From Gnetum montanum (taxonomy: Eukaryota; Plantae; Gnetophyta), in contig MNCI01002568.1 in assembly GCA_015680685.1 (NCBI GenBank), positions 642,258-706,257 on the forward strand: a stretch of DNA of 64,000 nt, read 5' to 3'. This document shows, piece after piece, positions 13,022-23,694 of the stretch (positions are counted from its first letter, which is position 1; each line of letters starts with the position of its first letter). The position numbers and the translations under genes are program-made. The notes under the pieces were generated by a model. The model did no database searches, was not told the origin of the DNA, and saw nothing but the letters and a program-made list of their open reading frames with translations.

Positions 13022-15220
13022 TATAGCGATCGAAAAAATTAGTGGCTATAACACCAAGAGGTCACTAGGCATATAGCCTAACCCCATATTTGTGCGAGGG
13101 TCGTGTTAAATGTAAACAGATGTGGGGTACCTTGAATGATCTGGTCGATTAGACAGGGACTTAAGCAGTGTACAATAACCTTTCGTAAATGTTGGTTTTA
13201 AGGCTGTTATATGCACATTGAGTGATAAGCGATGAACATAAATTGATTGAAAATAATGCAAAACATAAAAATAACAAAAAAATGAAATAAGTTTAGGTAA
13301 GGAAGTGCACCACCCTAAGATTGGGAATCTGATCTTTGCTAAAATGAAAGAGGTGTATAACATATGGCGGTGGGAACAAGAACAACTTGTAATGAAGTAG
13401 TATGGTCATAGTTCCTCAAACTGCTATTAATAGCTTGCTAATAGGGACCCTCTACTTGCCAATCTCCTTGCCAAAGTTAATCACTAGAGAGCTGAAATGC
13501 CAAGATCTCAACAAAAAAAAAGGCAACCACCAAAGAAATAATTGCCAAAAGCCAACAATGCCAAAGTTGATTGAATGCTCCAAGCCAACAATGCCAAAAG
13601 CCAACCCCATTGGAATGCTCCCAAAAGTCAACCTCTTGAACATTGTTCATTGAGGTATTTATAAAGTTAGATGTGGAAGAGAAACATGGTTTGAGTGCCA
13701 TGTGTCCTGGGTCCCATAAAGTGCAGACATGACTATGTCGTGCTACTGTGCAATGATGAAAACTACTATGCTTGTGACCATACCATTCATGCTACATGTG
13801 CTAAAGTCCAGTGAGCTACTATACTTTTGTAAAGAAAACTGCCAATCAGTAAATGCAAAGTGGAGCTTGTGCTCTAAGACTGTGTCTTCCCTACTCTTGC
13901 GAGTAGGGTCAAGCATAGGGACAACTTTGGGGATGGTTAGGGGGTGCAAAACAAGGCAAACTTGTTGATTTCGCCTATTGGAGAGGTGTTGGGATGAGAA
14001 TAACCATTGCCAACCAGTTCTATAGCTAATCGAAGATGTCTTGAGACTGCTACGCGAGTGTTACACTGTTTATTCTCTCCAACGTATGTAGCATAAATAC
14101 CCGCATCCTACGCTATGCTACGCTATGTAGCATCGTGTAGTGTAGCCACTGGTCTTAAATGAAATCTTTCTTATAAGCCAAAAATACCTGTCTGAGGCAT
14201 TGTTAGGCAAGTGACTGTAGCCCTGTATTTCATGCTGAAAGGTCTTAGGACCTGCTGAGTTCATCTTTGGGACACTTTGGTGTTTTGCATCCCTGCTATG
14301 TTGTGCTACGTTGCGTAGTGTAGTGCAGCATAGCAGCCAATATGACATGCATCCTCACCTAGTTTTACAATGCTTTGTCAAGATACCGTGCTTGAAGCTT
14401 GAGGGTGGAGTGAGACAACTAGTTTTGGAGGCCAAAATGTGGCCAAGTGCAATCTTCTTGCTAAAACCTCTTAGCAGAGGGCCTTCGTGTGTTCTATCCT
14501 TTCTATGCTATGCTATGCTACATAGCATAGCACAATGTAACACCCAGCTTGGCTTCAATTCTAACTTAATCTTGCAAACATTTTGTTGTAGGATGTCAAT
14601 CATGTCCTAGCGTGTCAATGAAGAAAACCTATCGGTTGAAAACTAGGCAAATGTTCCTACTCCATCAAAGCCATTTGACTGGGAGCATTGTAAGAGTGTA
14701 TCCCTACTATGTTGTGCTAGGATGTGTAGCATAGCATAGCGTAGTGCTTAAGTGAAGAGGACCTCTGATGATATTTGCTAGATTTTTGCTATGTCACTTT
14801 GCTCGTGCATCAAGGATGAAGTGGGGTAGATTTTCTGAAGGGTTGAGTTATCATCAATGTGCATCTGCAATACTTGTTTAGTCTTCTCGAGGCCTACTAC
14901 ACTCTACAGTGTAGCATAGCATAGCAGGTTTCTTCAGTTAGAAAACTTGCCAAACTATTTAGCTCATCCTGAACACTTTTGGTAGCTCCTAACATGGTCT
15001 CTGGGTAGACCATCAACCGGGCCAAGTACCAAGCTGGGCATGCTAGAGAGTTTAATAGGTTTATCAGCTAGGGTGATAGAAAACTTGTCAGACTATATAG
15101 TCTACTTTCAGTGCCTACATTATCTGGATGGTGCATCGTGATGCTACACTTGTGAAAATCCTTGCCCAAATTTCAAAACTCTATTGAAGCATTAGGGTTC
15201 TAAAATTTTATGGTGTTTCA
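13022..15220 (-). repeat. 5' LTR of element A (about 2.2 kb)
   Basis: Collinear similarity to the C LTRs at both ends, minus-strand TATA near 13657, GCTAC/GTAGC motif clusters. Confidence 0.85.
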
Positions 15221-16620
15221 CCTAGGTTTTGCTGTAATCAATGAGAATTTTTATAACTTCTTCTATGCTAAAATACATGTTAGGAATCTCATACCACATT
15301 ATGAATCTCATGCTAAGCATTAGTATGAAATTATACACTAGGAATGAAAAGAATACATCCCATCATCCTATGACAATATCTCCTTAACTGACTTAAATGC
15401 ACACATGTTGATACAACTCATAGATGTCAAAGAGTGAAGTAAGAAGATTAGTTTGGGTGGACATCAATAAGAGCAAGATGAATTTGAGACTAAACAAGAG
15501 TTAGATATCTTCATTAGGAGCCTATTCCAATAATTGGTTTCCTAAACAACTATCCCTAGTTTTACATCCCCTACATCATCTATGGAATAGATATCTCAAC
15601 CCTCTTCTCCTCATATTCATCCCACTATGTTTGGATCAACACCTATTATTTCCATGCATCAGGCTTAGCCTATGCCTCAATTAGCCTCCTTGTTCTAATC
15701 CATGCCCTTTACAACAAAACCTCACCCTATGCAACCAACACCAGTGGTGTTTGCCACATTCTATCCCTTCTCCATCCTAGTGGGGCCCTCAGTGGGACCC
15801 CAAACTACATAAGCATCTCATACTCCCTTTTCTCAATTTATCCCTCAGATTCCAATGCAAACTTCCTTCTCATTGTTTAGCCCTCTTATGACCATAATCA
15901 TCCAACCTCTTCCATCATTGTCCTTATCCATTGCACCACCTCAAACCTCCCAACTCCCCCTACAACCATTCGTACAAAGCCCAAAACCCATTAGAATGCT
16001 CCAAGGCTTGGATTAGGCCTTCCAAATGGTCCAAGACCTTACTGAAGAGCTATACAAGCTCAAAGCTTTTACCTTGTAGATGGTCAAAATAATGGACTTC
16101 AACCAAGATGATCCCATTAGTTCCACCATCCTCCAAATTACTCTTCCTTTGAGCATTCCCATTCCCTAATTCACTAAATACAATGACAAGGTTAATCCCA
16201 ACACACATCTCACTACCTTCCATTCTAAGTGCTTGTTATTACAAGCTTGACCTCGTACTATCATGTGCATCTTCCCTATGTCTATCACTGGGAAAGCCTT
16301 GGATTGGGACTATGTGTTACTTAGGGGGTCCATTGCTTCATTAGAGGACTCTATTTCACAATTCATCAATTATTTTAAGTATAACTTGAGACCTAACAAA
16401 ATCCTTGATTAATTGATAAAAACAAAATAGGTGCCTCTTGAACCTATCCACAAGTTCATTCAATGATGGAATGCTCTCCTTAATAAGATTTCTAAGTTTA
16501 TAGTTGAAACTCATCTTCTAGCCATTTTCAAGGGGGTGTTCAATGACTTTATTAAGTTCAAAATTTATTACCTAGACCCATAATCTCTTAGCAAGGCTTT
16601 CTCTCAAACAAAGAACATAT
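15221..16620 (+). pseudogene. gag: Element D gag, N-terminal part
   Basis: Translates to FYNFFYAKI, QDDPISST, FTKYNDKVNPNTHL and FKYNLRP, matching G (YNFIYVKI, QDDPIDPS, LTKYNGEGDLNTHL). Confidence 0.85.
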
Positions 16621-16773
16621 ATGTTATGTGAAACGTATTGTAATCTTTAAATAATTTAATTGAAGATAGCTAGTTTTCTTGTTTTTCTAGCAAATAAATT
16701 TGTATTTGCATGATATCTAGAGTTAGTATGTTGAAGGTGCTTTAATTGTGGAGTGAACCTACTCCAGTGTTAT

Positions 16774-16785
16774 TGGCATCAAAGC
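16774..16785 (+). promoter_or_regulatory. PBS of B (tRNA-iMet type)
   Basis: TGGCATCAAAGC versus consensus TGGTATCAGAGC, directly after the LTR remnant. Confidence 0.8.
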
Positions 16786-16834
16786 CTAGTTTTATTGTTT
16801 CTTGGATTTTGGTTGAGGATTTTGTCAATTTCAA

Positions 16835-19800
16835 ATGGTGCCCAAGAAGAAATAGGTGCAAGCTCTAAATCATGACATCGAGAGCATGAAGTCAACCTTC
16901 CAGATGATGGTTGCTCAATTAGATGAAATTAGTGTGAATGTGGACAAACAAGCCAATCCTATCCATATCCAGACATGTGGAGGTGAAGAGCCTATACATT
17001 CAGCTAAAGAAGTTTCATAGCTAGATGGAGAAGGAGTAGATGAAGAGGAAGATCAATCTAGCTATGGGAGTGTAGAAAATCATCAGCCAAGGATTCCAAT
17101 GGAAGGGAATCCTATTTCTCATATAATAATTCCAAGGGCTCTGGTGGTGCTCAATACTTCTTCAAGCAAGCTTGACGATGAAGATGAGGCAAGGCTTGCT
17201 AGAGCATTCAAAAATGCTTCAAGACTTCCATATGTAGAGTTGAAGACTTTCAATGGTGTAGATGGCACCAATGCTTTTGCAAGTTGGTTGAAGGAACTTG
17301 AGAAGCATTTCTATTGGAAGAGGTACCAAATAACTTACAAGTACCTATTTCTGAATCCATATTAGAAGATATGACTTCTACATGGTGGGAAAAGGAGTTC
17401 CAAGGTTATGAAAGATGAAATTGTCAACCTATTAAATATTGGAATTTGATGAAATATAGGTTGAAAAGGAAATTTGAATAGCCTCATCAAAGACAAGAAA
17501 TCATTATGAAGTTGAAATTCCTAAGGTAAGATGACAAGGATGGCAAAGAGTATGAGCAAGCTTCAATCTTTTAGGAGGTCTCAAAATGATGTACTAGAAA
17601 GAGTTTTCCTTTTATGAGCCACAAACATTTGATGAGGCTTATGATTTGGCACACAAAGCTAAGAAGAAATTAGGTGGATTTGGAAATAGGAGCAAACAAA
17701 CTTCTAAGGGGAAGGAGAAGGGATCTAGATCTAATAAGGGATCCAAATCCAAATTTCAATACAAAGAGGATAGCTAAGATAAGAAGAATAAAGTAGGTGA
17801 TGAGAAGGATAAAATCAAGAACGACCTAAGCAAGGAAGGCAATGGAAAAGGTAGCAGCTCATCAAAATTTCAAAGCTTCACTTATGGAGAATGGGAACAT
17901 AAGCAATGGGAATGTCCACTTCACAAGGTAGCCAAGGGTAAATATGTGCAAACCATAGAGGTGGAGGAGACATCAAGCCAAGCCCTTCAAAGAGGTAATC
18001 CTAATACTCCAAAATTTGGGAATTTTTTTGAATTAAATTCTTGTGGATTCATGGGGAATGTAAATAGAGAAGATCATCCTAATAGGGAATTGTTGTTTTA
18101 GATTGGGGCTAGTTGTTTGCTTAGTATGGAATGGATTCATATTTTGATTGATGGGGAAGCCTAAGAAAATGCTATTTCTTCTAAGATATTTACTAAATTT
18201 GGTTTGGTAACTCATCCTCATCCAAGACCTTATAAGGTGCATTGGTTATCTAAAGGTTTTTCCCAAGAGCTGAGGGAACAATGTACTTTGAAATTTAAAA
18301 TTGAAAGTTTTCATGATGTTGTGAGGTATGATGTGCTTCTAATAGATTCTGTTGATGTAATTCTTTATAGACCTTGGAATTTTGAAAATATTGCTCAATT
18401 TGATGGAGCAAGAAATGTGTGGAGTGTTGTTAGACTTGATGGAGTACATGATTTAATTCTTATGATAGCTAAACAAATGAGATAATAGAGCTTACTTAAT
18501 GCTTCCTTAATCCTTCTAGGAGAGAGGAAATATATTAAGGAATATAATGAAACTGGTTTTGATTTTTTTGTTATGATAACAGTTGCTACTAACTATGATG
18601 ATGCATAGGTTGAACTTCCTAAAGGTTTTCTAAGCTTGAAGGAGAAATTTTCCAAAGTGTTTAAGGGGGAATTAGATGGACTACCATTGATGAAGAATGT
18701 ACAACACCAAATTGACTTCATTCTTGGTGCTACCATTCCAAATGAGAGAGCTTACCAGATGGTACCAAATCAGAGGATTGAATTGCAAAGGCAAGTAGAG
18801 GTTATACTTTCAAATGGCTTTGTGAGGAAATTCATTTCACCTTGTGCAATTCCAGCTGTGCTAGTTCCAAAGAAGGATAGTGATGAATGGAAGATGTGCA
18901 TTGATTCTAGGGTAGTGAACAAGATAACAATGAGTTACAAGTTTTCTATTCCAAGAATGGATGGTATCCTTGATGTCCTTTTCAATGTTAAAATTTTTAA
19001 CAAAATTGATTTAAAGAGTGGGTACCATCAAATAAGAATCAGGCCTGGTGATGGGTGGAAGATAGCTTTCAAAACATTGAATGGATCGTTCGAGTGATTG
19101 GTGATGCCATTTGGGCTCATGAATGCACATACTACATTCATGAGGCTGATGCATGATGTATTGAAGGACTTGGTTGGTAAGTGTTGTACTATCTTTTTGA
19201 TGATATTTTAGTGTTTATCTCTAATGAGGAAGAGCTCTTGAATCACTGAAGGATGGTGTACCTTAAGTTAGAGGGAGGCATAGTTGATGATCAACATGAA
19301 GAAAAGTTATTTCTTCAAAAGGGAAATCACATATTTGGGGCATGTGGTTTCTAAAAATTAGATTTCGATTAAAGCTACCAAGGTGAAGGCTATAAGGGAT
19401 TGGCCAACACCTAAGAATGTTAGGAAGGTAAGATTATTCCTTGGTTTAGTAGGTTTTTATAGATAATTCATAAAAACCTTTAGTGGTATTTTGTGCCTTA
19501 TGTTTGCTTTGTTGAAGAAAAATAAGGAATTTAGGTGGGATAACAAAAATCAAGGGATCTTTGACTTGTTGAAATTAATGATTACTAGTGAATTAATGCT
19601 TGTACTTCTAGATTTTCATAAGCTTTTTCATGTAGAGGTGTATCCAAGTGGACTTACCATTGGTGGGGTACTCTCACGAGAAGGTAGGTTTGTTACTTTC
19701 ATTTCTAAAAAATTGAATGAGTCAAGACAAAATTATAGTATATATGAGAAGGATTTGTACACTGTTCCTTAAGAAACTAAGAATTGGAGGCATTACTTGT

Positions 19801-20039
19801 TGCCCAAAGAATTCACTTTGATGATGAACCACAAATCACTTCAATTTCTAAACTCATAAAAGACATTGAGTGCAAAGCACATGAAGTGGGTTGCATACTT
19901 ACAAGATTTTAATTTTTTGTTGAAGCATAAAAGTGGGAAAGCCAATGTGGTAGCTGATGCATTATTTAGGGTGCATGTGGTAAATTTCAGTGTACCTCAT
20001 GTGGAAGGTATGAATGATTTTTCTTCTTTATATGAGCAT
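16835..20039 (+). pseudogene. Element B gag-PR-RT-RNase H remnant
   Basis: HPHPRPYKVHWL (CRM-type), QHQIDFILGA, SPCAIPAVLVPKKD, KIDLKSGYHQIRI, HKSGKANVVADAL. Confidence 0.93.
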
Positions 20040-21959
20040 TGTAGCAACTGAAAACGTCAGTGGCTGGAACACTAAGAGGTTGCCAGGTGAACAGTTTAAT
20101 CGTAAATCTGTGCAAGGACCGTGCTGGAGAGAAATGGAAATGAGGCACCCTAAATGGTCTGGTTGATCAAACAGGGACTTAATCAGTGTATCTTAACCTT
20201 TTGTAAACATTTTTTTTGGAAGCAAGACACATGAAGTAAATCAACTATCAACAAAAGTAAAATGGTGAAAATAATGCAAAAACAACGATGATAGTAAGCG
20301 AATAGCAAAATAGACTTGGTTGAGAGAGTGCACCACCCAAAAGGTCATGGATTTGATCCTTTTACCTTGCTAAAAAGTGTAGAATAGGTTATGCAGCATA
20401 GAAGAGGCACAACTTACATTGCATAGTATAGTCATAGGTCTTCTACTTACTACTTTGTTCGCTAAGATGCCAAAATGCTTGACTTGCAAAGGCATGTTTG
20501 GAGCCAACTAGAGAACTCAAAGGTAACTAGAATGCTCAAAATGTCAACTATGCTCTCTAAAAGACAAATTAAAAGCCAACTGCACCAAAAAGCTAAATTT
20601 TTTACCAACAAAGCCAATTAGCCAACCTGCCAACCAATTTTTTACCAACAACCCAAATTTTTTTGCCAACCTCCCGAGCATTGTTTTCTAGGGTATTTAT
20701 AGGGCCAGGAGCAAGAGAGAAATGTGGTTTGGATGCCAGGTGTCTTGGGCCCCCACAAGGTGCTAACATGTCCATACCGTGTAGGTGTGCGATGCTGGAT
20801 ACGAACTTTGTTACACTATAGCCATACTACTGAAACCGCATGTGCCAAAATATAGTGTGCCATCAATGAAAGAAAAATGGAGCCTATGCTCTAGGACTAC
20901 ATCTTCCCTGCTCTTATGAGCAAGGTCAAGCATAGGAACAATTTTTTTGGAGTTAACCAGGGGTATGCAAAATGAAGTAAAATTTTTGATTTTTCCAAGG
21001 AGATGTTAGAGTGAGAAATATTGTTTCCAACAAGTTCTAGAGCTACCTAAAGATTTCTTGATGCTTCCATGCTAGTGTTGCACTACTCAGGCTATTGAGG
21101 ACATTGGTGTAGTGTAAGTAGCTTCTTGCTATGCTATGCTATACTACGCAGCGTAGCATAGCGTAGCCACTGGTCTTGACAGAAATTTGCATAGGAACCG
21201 AAAGCATTGGTGTGGGGCTTGGTCAGGAAAAATACTGCAACTTTTGTCCTTCATGCTGAGAATCTTTTGAACTTGCTAAATTCATGTTTTGAACATATCT
21301 AATTTTTTTACATTTTTGCTACGTTGTGCTATGCTATGTAGTGTAGCATAGTGCAGCAGCCATTGTATCATGCTTCCTTGTTCAATTTGACATCTTTCTA
21401 GAAAGAAACTTTGCTCAAGACCTTAGGGTTAAGTGGGATAAATAGTTTGGAGGCTGAAGCGTTGCCAAAGTGCAATCTTGTTGTTGGAGTCATTTGGCAA
21501 AGGGGGGCCTTCATGTGCTTCCTTTGCTATGTTGCATAGCGTAGCATAGCATAGCACCTTGTGTTGAATCCTGACTTGTCTTGTAATCATTTTGTCAATT
21601 TACATTTGGATGCTTAAGTGATTATATTTCAAGGCTTTCTACACTACACAATGTAGCATAGTGTAGCAAACGTTTTCACTAGAAAACTTTCCAAACTATT
21701 TTTCTCATCCTGAACACTTTTGACAACTCCTAGCATGGTCTCTGGGTAGACTGTTAGCTAGGTCAATTGTCTAGTCGAGCAGGCTGCAGAGTCCAGCAGG
21801 CCTGTCAACTCTGGAGACAGAGAACTTACTAGACTGGATAGTCTATCCTTGGTGCCCACTATTCTGTCGGCTCATCATGATGTTGCACTTGTGGAAATCC
21901 TTACCCAAATTCCAAGACTCTGCTAAAGCATGAGGGTCCTAAAAATTTATGGTATTTCA
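20040..21959 (-). repeat. 3' LTR of element C (1920 bp)
   Basis: Direct repeat of 36579-38466; 13 mismatches in a hand-aligned 120 bp sample (20881-21000), about 89% identity. Confidence 0.95.
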
Positions 21960-21973
21960 TTGGCCCCTCTTTG
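21960..21973 (-). promoter_or_regulatory. Polypurine tract of C
   Basis: Minus strand CAAAGAGGGGCCAA directly before the TG of the 3' LTR. Confidence 0.8.
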
Positions 21974-23344
21974 TTCACATCTGGAGGATCTGCCCAAGAG
22001 ACGTCAACAAAGAATACGAAACATCATGAAGGATAATATGCCAACATTGCTTTCCGATGGTCACTCAGATGTTGCTTTACTATTCTTGGGAGTATAAAGA
22101 TAGTTGTGCAGGAAAAGGGGAAAAAGGGTGGACTTGAGGAAATAGGTTCAGGAAAAGGAAAGATGAAATGAGCACAATCCCTCATCGGAGTGCTTGTAAG
22201 GGAATCAGCACACGTGGGCATCTTTCTATTGCTAGCTTCTAACCTCTTGTTGGAATGCTTAAATATGATCATTTGTGAAACAGCTAGTGTGCCATTTTTT
22301 TGGGCACATGCTCATTTTTTTAGCTCTTTTTCTCATTTATGCTTTTGCGCTTTTCTTTTGCTATTTATCCATGTTCACTTGCAAACAAGCTTGTTTTTGT
22401 AGGATAGGTGTTTCCTCCCCAGGATGAGTTGTGTTACATCCATGTGGGGTTTTGACCTACCTATAGATACTTCCCATGCGGCGAGCTATGTTATGCACAT
22501 CATGAACTTTGAGGTTGAGCATATGGGAGGGCTTTGCATACATTGAGAAAGCTTGTAAAAGAGATGTGAAAATGGAAACTACAGGTGTAGAAAAAAAGAC
22601 GATGAAGGTTAAGGGGAAGGGTAGGATGTGCACTCCCAAGTAGCTAAGCTAGTTAGAATGATCACCTTGGAATGATGTAGTGTCCTATTCTCTTGCAAAA
22701 TGCATCCTTGATTGATGCCATCTTGGCCCATATCCTACAAGCGCAACAGAAAGCAGACCATAGAAATGTAACCATGAAATGAAGTTAGGCAAAGGTCTTA
22801 ATACATCACCGAAGTGGTAGAAATTGTTGTTGAGACATGCAACGTCCAAAGAAAAAAGGCCAGTAGTAGTTCTGGTAGCGGCAGACTGAAGGGGCCAGCA
22901 CTAAGGGAGCTTGGAGTTGTGGCAATGCGAGTGCGTAGGAGTCCCCGCCCAAGGCGAACATCATGCAGTTTAGTTGTAAGGTGAGAATCATAACAACTAA
23001 ATGTCTTTTGAGCTCAAATGATGATGAGGGTTGGAGGGTAGCAACTTTGTGGCTAGGCCACAATAGTGTTGTGACTCCAGCAGTAGGCACTGACATTGGA
23101 AACTACTGCTAGGGTGATGGGATGTGGTAGCAGTAGCTTCGAAAGTTTAGCAAGATGTCAGATGACATCTTTGGACGATTAGCAAGATGCCAGGGGTAGT
23201 GGCATTGCATATGTTCCAAAGGATGTTCTCTTATCATCGTGAACTGCATTATGGAACTACAACACCCCACCCCTTGTTAGCTCTATGCATGCTCACTTGT
23301 TTGTAGGGTCATGGATGCAAGCTAGGAACGTTGTGCCATGAACC

Positions 23345-23670
23345 CAGTTTAAGGTCCTGGTAGACCATCAGATGTACTAGTTTAAGGTCCTAGTAGACAG
23401 CAATGTGCTAGTTTAGGATCCTAGCAAATCATTGTGCTAGTTTAAGGTCCTAGCAGACTGATGTGTGCTAATTTAAGGTCCTAGCAGATCGCTGTGCTAG
23501 TTTAATGTCCTAGCAGATCACTGTGCTAGTTTATCATCATAGCGAATGTTGGATGAGCTAGTTTAAGGTCGTAGCAGATCATCTGTGCTAATTTTACATG
23601 ATAGCAGATAGTCTGTGCCAGTTTATAGTCATGGCGGACTATTTGTGCTAGTTTATAGTCATAGCAGACT
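23345..23670. repeat. Tandem array of about 10-11 units of 32-34 bp downstream of C integrase
   Basis: Consensus near GTGCTAGTTTAAGGTCCTAGCAGATCACT. Confidence 0.92.
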
Positions 23671-23694
23671 ATGGATGCTTACCTTGCTTTTGCA

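Larger units (their letters stand above)
1..15220 (-). mobile_element. Element A: Tat/Ogre-like Ty3/gypsy LTR retrotransposon, 3' end beyond the left edge, inserted in the gag of element D
   Basis: Minus-strand order: LTR (13022-15220), PBS, gag-PR (12675-8904), 6 kb gap, RT-RH-aRH-INT (2849-1). The LTR end TGGTGTTTCA at 15220 matches the element C LTR end at 38466. Confidence 0.93.

Noticed and set aside
13022-21959. A LTR and C left LTR as the two LTRs of one element enclosing 15221-20039
   Set aside because: The C left LTR pairs with 36579-38466 by higher identity and the AGCAT TSD; the enclosed DNA is opposite-strand D and B sequence.
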